A DNA stretch of 62,526 bases from an uncultured archaeon (GTDB lineage Archaea; Thermoplasmatota; E2; DHVEG-1), in assembly GCA_902384685.1 (NCBI GenBank), contig CABMCU010000058.1:1-62526 (forward strand), given 5' to 3'. A program made the translations under genes and the position numbers. The notes beneath the pieces were generated by a model that made no database searches, had not been told where the DNA came from, and saw nothing but the letters and a program-made list of their open reading frames with translations. Of this stretch, positions 9,680 through 18,331 are shown piece after piece (the first letter of the stretch is position 1; every line of letters starts with the position of its first letter).

Positions 9680-10033
9680 ATGATGCCAAGAAACATGAAC
9701 AGTAGGCAATTGAATCAGATGATGAAACGCTTCGGGATTAATGTCAAGAATATTGAGAATGTAGAAAAGGTGATTATTCAGACGGATACAAAGGAGTACG
9801 TATTTGACTCTGCTGAGGTAACGGTGATGGAAGCGCAGGGGCAGAAGACGTTTCAAATTATTGGCGAACCGATCGTAAAAACAAGGGGTGGAGACAATGA
9901 AACCACTCTAAAAGAAGATATTAAGTTGATTATGGAACAAACCGGTAAATCAGAGGCAGAGGTGCAGAAGGCTTTAAAGGAGACGAATGGTGATCTTGCT
10001 GAGGCTATCCTGAAGCTTTCTAAACCGTATTAA
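9680..10033 (+). CDS. nac: Nascent polypeptide-associated complex protein (archaeal NAC alpha)
   Basis: MMPRNMNSRQLNQMMKRFGI N-terminus, NAC beta-barrel segment, C-terminal UBA-like EAEVQKALKETNGDLAEAILKL. The track ORF starts at TTG 9671. Confidence 0.85.
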   Translation: MMPRNMNSRQLNQMMKRFGINVKNIENVEKVIIQTDTKEYVFDSAEVTVMEAQGQKTFQIIGEPIVKTRGGDNETTLKEDIKLIMEQTGKSEAEVQKALKETNGDLAEAILKLSKPY

Positions 10034-10050
10034 AGTATTTTTCGGAGAGT

Positions 10051-10374
10051 ATGATCTCATATAAGGATGCGATAAAAAACTCAAATCAAGGTGTCCTTCT
10101 TTGTTTACATGTCGTGCCAGGGTCGTCTCAAATTATATTCCCTGCGGGTTATAACCAATGGCGAAAATGTATTGAAATCAAGGTACGATCCGCGTCAAAA
10201 AACAATCGGGCAAATAATGAGGTGATCGAAACGGTCGCAGGATTTTTCCGGGTACAAACGAAAGATGTAATTCTGGTAAGTGGACAGAAAAGCAGGGAGA
10301 AAACCGTTTGCATTAGCAAAATCTCTATTGATATGGCGCGTTCTCAACTTGAGGAATCACTCCATGGATTATGA
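10051..10374 (+). CDS. DUF167/YggU (UPF0235) family protein
   Basis: 107 aa. LHVVPGSS.., ..NNRANNEVIE.. and ..VILVSGQKSREKTV.I match the family pattern. Confidence 0.7.
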   Translation: MISYKDAIKNSNQGVLLCLHVVPGSSQIIFPAGYNQWRKCIEIKVRSASKNNRANNEVIETVAGFFRVQTKDVILVSGQKSREKTVCISKISIDMARSQLEESLHGL

Positions 10375-10756
10375 ACAAACGTTAGAAGAACTTGAAGAAG
10401 TACTTACAGAATTACGAGAGGAAAATAAAACAGTACCCATTATCGTAGAAGGAGACAAGGACATTGCCGCGTTACGGAAACTCGAAATGCCTGGCGAAAT
10501 CATCCGGTTCAATAAAGGACGTTCAGTTCCCGATTTCTGTGATATAATTGCCCAGAAGCATAAAAATATTATCCTTCTAACAGATTGGGATTGGCGTGGA
10601 AACAGGTTGTGTCTTTCGATTAAAAAACATCTTGAGAATTACGTAAACTGCAATCTGAAGTATCGTGAGGTCTTTACAAAACGAAGTATTTGTCGCACAG
10701 TGGAAGGGTTACCGTCGTGGATAGAGACGCTTAAGAACAAAATTCATCCAGAGTAA
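10364..10756 (+). CDS. Stand-alone Toprim-domain protein (small primase-like/RNase M5-like archaeal family)
   Basis: Acidic Toprim motifs VEGDKD and LTDWDWRG. Start set at ATG 10364, overlapping the upstream stop by 11 nt. Confidence 0.7.
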   Translation: MDYEQTLEELEEVLTELREENKTVPIIVEGDKDIAALRKLEMPGEIIRFNKGRSVPDFCDIIAQKHKNIILLTDWDWRGNRLCLSIKKHLENYVNCNLKYREVFTKRSICRTVEGLPSWIETLKNKIHPE

Positions 10757-10806
10757 CTGAATACTTTCATTACACTCTAAAGAAACATTAAAAGAAAAAA
10801 AATCTG

Positions 10807-12099
10807 ATGGGGGACATTGTGCAAACTCTGATAAAAGGACAAAAAAAGTTAGTGCAGGTTGAAAAAAAGAAAGGAACGAGTGTGTGCGCACTCTGTAGAG
10901 GTACAAAATTCTTGTGTGGGAAAGCCCGCTGTCCCGTAATAGTCCGGTATCATTCTAAGGCGAAAATGAAACCATTAGTCGATAGTTTGCGGTTGGAGGG
11001 TGCATCACCTCCAAGTGTTTTTATCGGCAGGATCGGGTATCCAAAAGTTGCTATTGGTCCCATGATTCCGCCCGTGATGGGTGATACCTCTGAGATCGAC
11101 ACCCCAGAGCGGTGGCTGGATAAAACTCTTGATGATATCGTTGATTTCCGCAGTCAGTTGGTACGCGGAAAATTTACTGTGAATGTGAATAACGTGGAAA
11201 GCCCTCATCGAGTCGTAGAATTTACCAGGGAGTTGGCTCTCTCAAAGAACGCGGTTTTTACTGATGCACTCTTTGAGAAAAAACCCTACGGGAAGATAGC
11301 GTTTTATGATGAAGTGCAGCCGCATGGACCATCTGCATCGTTAAAATCACTTGATATCACCAATCCAAAATATGAGCAACATATCGAAAAGGCATACTAT
11401 GATACTGATTTGAAAGCAAAAGATGCGATTCTAGATATTTATAAAAACGGGGTACTCGTGTCAAAGATTCAACGTGCGTTTAGCGTGGGTGCATTTGGGG
11501 TGAAAAAGAACAGACGGTTTGTTCCTACCCGGTGGAGTATCACCGCGGTAGATTCTACCCTTGGTGCTAATCTCATGGAAAAAACAAAGACATACCCATT
11601 TATTAATGAGGTTCGAGCGTACTTTCTAAATCAGTATGATAACCGCTGGATTATTTTAATGACGCCATCTGAATGGCAGTATGAGCTTATTGAGGCGTGG
11701 TACCCGAATACAACATGGAACCAGTATGGGACCGATATTTCGATTTTTAATAGCTACGAGTTTTATGATGGGCGGACGACGTATGCGGAGATTGGTGGAT
11801 GTTATTACGCGGCACGGCTTGCGGTCAACGAGTTACTCAATAAAGAACGAAGGCAGGCTGGTGTTGTGATCCTGCGGGAGGCACATCCGGGATATATCAT
11901 GCCGATTGGGGTGTGGAACGTCCGCGAAAGTGTTCGGAGTGCACTTTCTCGCCCTTCCCAAAATTACGATACATTGAAGGAATCACTTGTATATGTATCA
12001 GAGATTATGGATATCCCAGTACAACGATGGATTAGAAATAGCGCGGTGCTTAAGAACCAGTTATACCAACGGCGATTGGAGGATTTTCTGGTGAGATAG
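10807..12099 (+). CDS. nreA: Archaeal Nre-family DNA repair protein (NreA-like)
   Basis: N-terminal CALCRGTKFLCGKARCP Cys motif typical of Nre_N. ~430 aa. The extreme C-terminus QRRLEDFL fits a PIP-box (Q-x-x-L-x-x-F-L). Confidence 0.75.
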   Translation: MGDIVQTLIKGQKKLVQVEKKKGTSVCALCRGTKFLCGKARCPVIVRYHSKAKMKPLVDSLRLEGASPPSVFIGRIGYPKVAIGPMIPPVMGDTSEIDTPERWLDKTLDDIVDFRSQLVRGKFTVNVNNVESPHRVVEFTRELALSKNAVFTDALFEKKPYGKIAFYDEVQPHGPSASLKSLDITNPKYEQHIEKAYYDTDLKAKDAILDIYKNGVLVSKIQRAFSVGAFGVKKNRRFVPTRWSITAVDSTLGANLMEKTKTYPFINEVRAYFLNQYDNRWIILMTPSEWQYELIEAWYPNTTWNQYGTDISIFNSYEFYDGRTTYAEIGGCYYAARLAVNELLNKERRQAGVVILREAHPGYIMPIGVWNVRESVRSALSRPSQNYDTLKESLVYVSEIMDIPVQRWIRNSAVLKNQLYQRRLEDFLVR

Positions 12100-12100
12100 C

Positions 12101-12898
12101 ATGGAAGTAAGAAAAATTCAGTGTAAAACAGCATTATCATCTTCCTCGTTACCGGGTCTGTTATATTCGCTGAACCCTTACAGAGGATGTCAACATCACT
12201 GCGCGTATTGTTACGCACCAAGCGTGCTACGGATGAAACAAGGCCAGTGGGATTCAACCATCGAGGTAAAAACCAATATACCAATGATTCTTGCAAAGGA
12301 GTTAAATACAAAAAAACCAGGTGTTGTTGGTATTTCTACGGTCACTGATCCCTATCAACCCTTAGAACAGAAATATCTTCTTACGAGGTATTGTCTCGAG
12401 CAGCTCTTGAAGGTGGATTTTCCGATTCATATTCAAACGAAATCAATTCTTGTCACACGAGACATTGATCTCATCTCACGGTTTTCTGACTCACAAGTGA
12501 TGATGAGTATCGCGACAGCTCACGATGAACAAAGGAAGCTACTTGAACCACAGTCTTCCTCGATCCAAGAACGATTATCTGCCTTACGAACCTATGCTGA
12601 TGCAGGCGTGAAAACAAGTGTGTTTTTTGGTCCCGTGTATCCAACGACTTCATTAGAAGAAATCGCGTCAATCCTTGATACTTTTCGAGAAGCAGGTGCC
12701 ACAGAGATATGGATTGATATGCTCCGCCTCAAACCAGGGATCTGGAACAGCATCCAGAAGGGATTAATACAAAATCAAGAGGTTTTTCGAGTTTTTTCAC
12801 AACATGTGTTTGAAAATAAAAACTATTATAAGAATATCCGAGAAGAAATACGAAAAAAGGGAAAAGAACGAAATCTAAAAATTTTGGATGCTTTCTAA
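12101..12898 (+). CDS. Radical SAM protein, SplB/Rv2578c-like (DNA photolyase-like COG1533 family)
   Basis: Signature LNPYRGCQHHCAYCYA (C-x3-C-x2-C). ATG lies 1 nt after the nreA TAG stop. Confidence 0.75.
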   Translation: MEVRKIQCKTALSSSSLPGLLYSLNPYRGCQHHCAYCYAPSVLRMKQGQWDSTIEVKTNIPMILAKELNTKKPGVVGISTVTDPYQPLEQKYLLTRYCLEQLLKVDFPIHIQTKSILVTRDIDLISRFSDSQVMMSIATAHDEQRKLLEPQSSSIQERLSALRTYADAGVKTSVFFGPVYPTTSLEEIASILDTFREAGATEIWIDMLRLKPGIWNSIQKGLIQNQEVFRVFSQHVFENKNYYKNIREEIRKKGKERNLKILDAF

Positions 12899-13021
12899 AA
12901 CTCTTTTCTTGATGATTTCAGAGTGTATTTTTAGAGTCAACTACTAGTAGCATTTAAATAGAATAACTCTATTACTCCAAAAATCCTTTCATAGAAAAGG
13001 AATTAAGCATAAGTGATACGT

Positions 13022-13912
13022 ATGGCCAAAGCACGTGCACGGACGACCACTAGAAAAGTCAAAGATCGATGGAAAGCAAAAAACTGGTACCAGATACTCG
13101 CACCATCGTTATTCAATAACGTTCCAGTTGCTGAAACCTTAGCAGAGAATCCAGATTCCCTAATTGGCAGGGTTACAGAAGTCTCACTACAAGACCTTAC
13201 TAACGATTTTCGAAAATCCCATATTAAACTTCTTTTCACCGTCGATAAGGTGGAACAAAACACGGCTCATACCCAACTCAAAGGTCATGTGCTCACCTCA
13301 GATTACCTCCGACGGATGATCAGAAGAAGAAAATCCCGCGTCGATGGTGTATTCGACACACAAACCAGAGACGGAGCACTTCTGCGAGTAAAACCTTTTG
13401 CTATTGCAGAGAAACGAATTCAAAGTTCACAGAAGAAACTCATCAGAAACGTGATGAATGAAGTTATCAGTAAAGAAGCTAACGCAAAAACACTCAACGC
13501 CTTTATCAGAGACTGCCTTGATGGAAAAATCGGCAGTGAGATCTATAAACATTGCAAAATTTACTACCCAGTAAAACGTATTGAAATAAATAAAACAGAA
13601 ATTATTCGATTACCGACGGTGATTATTGAAGATGAAAAACCACCTGAGAAGGTAGAAGAAGAACCAAGTAAACCGAAAGAACCAAGCAAAGAAGAATCAG
13701 AATTACCGTCTGAAGAAGAACTCATTGAAGAAAAACCAAAAGAAGAGCAACTGAAGGAAGAAAAAGAAGCGCCTGTCGAAGAAGAACTTACCGCTGAAGA
13801 CAGGGAGATGGTAGAGAAACCTAAGAAAAAAACGAAAGCGAAGACAACAGCCAAGAAGAAATCAACTAGGAAGACGACGACAAAGAAAAAGAAAGAAGTA
13901 ACACCTGAATAA
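13022..13912 (+). CDS. rps3ae: 30S ribosomal protein S3Ae (eS1) with a ~97-aa low-complexity C-terminal extension
   Basis: MAKARARTTTRKVKDRWKAKNWY.. and the following ~200 aa fit eS1. Residues from ~203 onward are E/K/P-rich, then K/T-rich. Confidence 0.9.
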   Translation: MAKARARTTTRKVKDRWKAKNWYQILAPSLFNNVPVAETLAENPDSLIGRVTEVSLQDLTNDFRKSHIKLLFTVDKVEQNTAHTQLKGHVLTSDYLRRMIRRRKSRVDGVFDTQTRDGALLRVKPFAIAEKRIQSSQKKLIRNVMNEVISKEANAKTLNAFIRDCLDGKIGSEIYKHCKIYYPVKRIEINKTEIIRLPTVIIEDEKPPEKVEEEPSKPKEPSKEESELPSEEELIEEKPKEEQLKEEKEAPVEEELTAEDREMVEKPKKKTKAKTTAKKKSTRKTTTKKKKEVTPE

Positions 13913-13965
13913 TCATCCCTCCAAAAGCATACTTTAATATATTTGGTTTTATATTTTATAACAGT

Positions 13966-15723
13966 ATGATGCGTAAGGAGAAAATACTACCATGTCTTCT
14001 CATTTTTATCCTTGTTATCTCTAGTGTTGGTATTCCTATAGGTAAAAGCTGCAAAGACATTGTGATAACCTCTGCAGCAACTGCAGGTGATTATAGTCTT
14101 CTTTTAAAGGTTCGAGATCCCAGTAGATCGGGTCTGCAAGTACTCTGTCGCGTTCCATCAGGTACACGCTATGCGTATCATTATCCGTGGACCGGAAAAC
14201 CCTGGGATTTTATTGTAACCCATACATTTGTAGGCGTCGCAACACAAGGAGACACGCTTCCGAATATCGTTAAAGCAGGTATGGTTCTTACTGACGCGGG
14301 ACTTGCGTTTGGTGATGCAGATACGCTCTCATACTGGGTAAACCCGACAAAAAATGCATGGGATGATTTTGATTGGATCAGGTACGCATGCCAGACAGCA
14401 GACAACGAGAACGAAGCAATTAATCTATTGACCACAGAGGCGATAGATCAATTGCATGCGACCGGGGTTTCTGAGAACTTGTTTTTGGTAGGTCCGCAAC
14501 GAGCAGTCATCATTGAAGCAGATGCAGTACGCCACACGATACATGATATCAATGATGTCTTTGTCATGTCAAATTATGCAAAAGATCTCTGGCGAACACA
14601 ACTACTCAGATCATTACCGATTGCATCTTCATTTGAAACAGAGAAAGAAACATGGTTGCAATGTGGCTCTATTGTCCACCTTGAATCTATCTGCGGGGTG
14701 AAAATCATTCAAATAACAGAATCCTCGATTACTGCCCGGGTGGTTCCATCGTTTGCTTTTAAGCAATCTGGACTAGACAAGGATGTAACGATTTATATAG
14801 GAGAGCGAGCTACCATTGGACCATATCGTGTCCAACTTCTGGACATCAACGGGAATGCTGCAAGGATATCAGTCTGTACATCAGCATATGCATGGGAACA
14901 AGAACTTTTGTCACATATCCAACCTTTGAGTGGAACAATCACGATTAAAGATTTGATAAGTTGGTCGCGATTTCACTCAGCAGATCTCAATGGATTGAGA
15001 CCTATGTGTGAGGATGCGGTTGTATATGAAGCAGCTATGATATTCAAAATACCAGAAGAACACGCGAACCTCTTAAGCAGTGGTTGGTTTGCTGCAAACC
15101 ATGCCTGCACCTCGATTTATGTTCCTGTTCATATCTGCGATAACGATATCTATGATCCGTACCAGACAGGGGAAGCCGCTGCTCTTTCTTTAGAGCTCCT
15201 TCATCACTATGGTCATGGAACATTAACATCTGTGTGCAAGAACGTTGAAGATGTCTTCCTTTCAGAGAACGAGGCAAACGAAATACTTGCATATCAAATG
15301 ATCCACAATGCTTCAGATATCATCCCCTTCCTTACCGCCATGGACCGGAGTATGCAGGAACAAGCGTTTCTCACCGAACAACTATGGCTATACGCACCAA
15401 ATGCCTCACAAGGAATCATTGAAAATATTTGGATGGACAACTATACTGTTTCTTTTGAAAGAATGCAAAAAGCAATGTCTGTTCTGAAAAATATCTCAGG
15501 ATCTGAAACCACGATGCGTCTATTAGGAACAATCGGGCTTAGCATATGCAAATCAAGGATAGATGCAGCATCCATTCATGGAATAAATTGTACGGATATT
15601 CAACAAGAGTATGAAGCGGCAGATCGTTATTTTAAATCAGGAGAATTTGCCCTAGGATTTATTATTCTTCATCGTGCATTCGATTCCTGTAATAATCTGA
15701 TCAAAGAAGAAATAGAAATTTAA
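13966..15723 (+). CDS. Secreted Ntn-hydrolase-like protein (peptidase C69/C45-like), tentative
   Basis: Signal peptide followed by GKSC-KDIVITSAATAGDYSLLLKVRDPS, which resembles the N-terminal nucleophile-Cys start of C69-type hydrolases. The remainder is unassigned. Confidence 0.4.
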   Translation: MMRKEKILPCLLIFILVISSVGIPIGKSCKDIVITSAATAGDYSLLLKVRDPSRSGLQVLCRVPSGTRYAYHYPWTGKPWDFIVTHTFVGVATQGDTLPNIVKAGMVLTDAGLAFGDADTLSYWVNPTKNAWDDFDWIRYACQTADNENEAINLLTTEAIDQLHATGVSENLFLVGPQRAVIIEADAVRHTIHDINDVFVMSNYAKDLWRTQLLRSLPIASSFETEKETWLQCGSIVHLESICGVKIIQITESSITARVVPSFAFKQSGLDKDVTIYIGERATIGPYRVQLLDINGNAARISVCTSAYAWEQELLSHIQPLSGTITIKDLISWSRFHSADLNGLRPMCEDAVVYEAAMIFKIPEEHANLLSSGWFAANHACTSIYVPVHICDNDIYDPYQTGEAAALSLELLHHYGHGTLTSVCKNVEDVFLSENEANEILAYQMIHNASDIIPFLTAMDRSMQEQAFLTEQLWLYAPNASQGIIENIWMDNYTVSFERMQKAMSVLKNISGSETTMRLLGTIGLSICKSRIDAASIHGINCTDIQQEYEAADRYFKSGEFALGFIILHRAFDSCNNLIKEEIEI

Positions 15724-15806
15724 CCACGCATACCTTTTTTGAGATCAAATCATATTCATCAAAAACGTTTAAAATAAGTTATGAGTTAGTGAGATGGGGA
15801 TTTTTA

Positions 15807-17192
15807 GTGACAAAAGCAAGACAAATCATTATTATTGGCTGTGGCGCAAGTGGTGGAACCACCGCACAATTTGCACGAAAAACAGATCGAACTGCTTCTA
15901 TTACTGTTTTTGAATCTGGGAAATATACACAATATTCAAAATGCGGGTTACCGTACGCAATTGCAGGAACCATCTCAGAGTTCCAGAACCTTATCGAATT
16001 TTCCGAAGACTGGTTTAAAAAAGAACATATCGACATCCATCTTGAAACATCCGTGGAAGAAATCAATTTCGAACAAAGGAGGGTGATTGCAAAAAAAGGC
16101 TCTGAACGAATTGAGAAGGAATTCGATGCCCTTATTCTTGCAACAGGAGCTAAGCCATGGATGCCACCGATACAAAACATCAAGAAAAATGGACAACTAC
16201 TTCAAGGTGTGTATGTCCTTCGGACAATCAACGATGGAAAACAAATTCTTGCACAGATAAAAAAAGGAAAAAAAGCAACGATTATCGGCGCAGGTCTTAT
16301 CGGACTTGAAATGGCAGATACACTCAATAAAAAAGGAATGAACGTCACAGTTATCGAAGCTCTTCCAACCATCCTTGCTAATACATTAGATGAGGATATG
16401 AGTGAACCATTACTCCTCGCATTACAGGAGAAGATTTCTGTTTATACGAATCATCTTGCGATTCGCGCGGAAGAACAATATGGCATCATCACCTCACTTA
16501 TTATCAAGGAGAAAACGACGGGGGAAGAAAAGAAAATCCAAACAGATCTTCTCATCATCGCAGCAGGGACAAAACCAGAAACCACTCTAGCAAAAACCAT
16601 CGGCTGTATCATTGGAAAAACCGGTGGCATACAAGTCAATGAAACATCAGAGACATCAGTGAAAAATGTATACGCAGTCGGTGATTGTACCGAATATAGA
16701 GATTATGTAACCAACGAACCACTTGGAATTGGGTTGGGGAGTATTGGTGTACGACAAGGTATCGCTGCTGGTGTTAATGCTGCGGGTGGAACCTATGTAT
16801 TACCACCTGGTGTTCTCTTAACGAGAACATCAGAGTTTTTCGGGATGGAGATTGCTGCAGTAGGACCTGTGAAACAGAACTGCCTCCAACTCCCTGTCGT
16901 TTCCGGCAAGTATAAAGGATCCTCTCGGCCGGATTATTTCCCTGGAGGAGAACCTATTGTGATAAAAGTGAGTGCCCATGAGAAAACCGGATGTATTCTG
17001 TCTGCTCAGGCAGTGGGCAGCAACGCAGCTCAACGAATCAATACGCTTGCCTGTGCTATCCTTGGTAGGATATCAGTTGAAGAGTTTCGAAAACTTGAAA
17101 CAGCGTACGCTCCACCGATTGCACCAACCCTTGATACGGTCACCCTCGCCTGTGATGTTGTTTCTCTAAAACTCGCACGAAAAAGAAGGTAA
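15807..17192 (+). CDS. CoA-disulfide reductase / NADH oxidase family pyridine-nucleotide-disulfide oxidoreductase
   Basis: IIIGCGASGG, redox Cys in YSKCGLPY, second Rossmann motif IIGAGLIGLE, YAVGDC. Start uncertain (GTG 15807 or GTG 15789). Confidence 0.8.
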   Translation: MTKARQIIIIGCGASGGTTAQFARKTDRTASITVFESGKYTQYSKCGLPYAIAGTISEFQNLIEFSEDWFKKEHIDIHLETSVEEINFEQRRVIAKKGSERIEKEFDALILATGAKPWMPPIQNIKKNGQLLQGVYVLRTINDGKQILAQIKKGKKATIIGAGLIGLEMADTLNKKGMNVTVIEALPTILANTLDEDMSEPLLLALQEKISVYTNHLAIRAEEQYGIITSLIIKEKTTGEEKKIQTDLLIIAAGTKPETTLAKTIGCIIGKTGGIQVNETSETSVKNVYAVGDCTEYRDYVTNEPLGIGLGSIGVRQGIAAGVNAAGGTYVLPPGVLLTRTSEFFGMEIAAVGPVKQNCLQLPVVSGKYKGSSRPDYFPGGEPIVIKVSAHEKTGCILSAQAVGSNAAQRINTLACAILGRISVEEFRKLETAYAPPIAPTLDTVTLACDVVSLKLARKRR

Positions 17193-17194
17193 GT

Positions 17195-18331
17195 ATGAGG
17201 GTTTTGCATCTTGCGGATACCCATCTTGGCTATTCTGCATACCGAAAAGCAACGGAAGAGGGTATCAACCAAAGGGAAATAGATGTATATGATGCGTTCA
17301 CCCAATGTATTGATTACGCAGTAAAAACAAAACCTGATCTTGTTCTTCATGCTGGTGATCTCTTTGATTCGGTTCGGCCAACAAACCGGGCGATTACGGT
17401 TGCCATTCAACAAATACTAAGGTTATCAAAAGAAAACATACCGTTCATCGTCGTCTCTGGGAACCATGAGACACCTAAACTTAGGGAAACTGGAAATATT
17501 TTTACTATCTTTGAACATCTGGATCACGTTTACCCAATCCATGACAATCGGTATGAAACCGTTTCTTTACAAACCAACAATGAAACAGTTATGATCCATG
17601 CGATTCCTCAGTGTCAAAATCCTAAAGAATTTGATGTGAATTTTAAAAAAATAGCGCTTGATAAGAAAATTGATTATAACTTACTTGTAGCGCACGGTGC
17701 GGTCGCAGGGATAAAGGAATTCAAAATGAATGAGTTCAACGAACTATTTATTCCCCTGAAGAATATTCAACAAGATTACGACTATATCGCCCTTGGTCAC
17801 TATCATATGTACACAAAACTACAGGAGAATGCTTTTTACTCTGGATCAACTGAACGTTTGAGCTTTTCCGAGGCGGGAAATCAGAAAGGATGCCTGGAAA
17901 TTGACCTCGGGCAAAAACTTAAACACAGGTTTATTCCTGTGAATATACGAAGTATGGTGGACGTTCCTCCCCTCGATTGTTTAACGCTTAGCGCTGAACA
18001 AATAGTAAGGAAAACAAAAGAAGCCATCTTGTCGATTGAGCCAAAGGATAAAATCATACGCATCCGTCTTGAGAACATCCCCGCACATGTTCAACGAGGA
18101 ATAGATTTTCATCAGTTACGAACATTGAGCAAAACCGCGGTGCATTTTGAGATTAAATCATCTTCTTTGAAAGCTGATGAAACCGCCCTGTCCGAGGGAT
18201 ATAAGATGGCATCACTTGCAGATGAATTTGAGAAATTCCTAAATACCCAACCGTTTTCTGAAAAGGAAATGTTACTGAAACTCGGCTTATACTACATTCA
18301 TAAGAGTGAAGAACAAGATGATTCAGCATGA
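17195..18331 (+). CDS. mre11: DNA double-strand break repair nuclease Mre11
   Basis: Phosphoesterase motifs HLADTHLG, GDLFD, GNHE, AHG, GHYH. Overlaps rad50 by 4 nt. Confidence 0.9.
   Translation: MRVLHLADTHLGYSAYRKATEEGINQREIDVYDAFTQCIDYAVKTKPDLVLHAGDLFDSVRPTNRAITVAIQQILRLSKENIPFIVVSGNHETPKLRETGNIFTIFEHLDHVYPIHDNRYETVSLQTNNETVMIHAIPQCQNPKEFDVNFKKIALDKKIDYNLLVAHGAVAGIKEFKMNEFNELFIPLKNIQQDYDYIALGHYHMYTKLQENAFYSGSTERLSFSEAGNQKGCLEIDLGQKLKHRFIPVNIRSMVDVPPLDCLTLSAEQIVRKTKEAILSIEPKDKIIRIRLENIPAHVQRGIDFHQLRTLSKTAVHFEIKSSSLKADETALSEGYKMASLADEFEKFLNTQPFSEKEMLLKLGLYYIHKSEEQDDSA

Noticed and set aside
12905-12960. C/D-box sRNA upstream of rps3ae (a TGATGA box at ~12911).
   Set aside because: No matching terminal D box (CTGA) or C'/D' arrangement at the appropriate spacing. 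More likely just promoter-proximal sequence.
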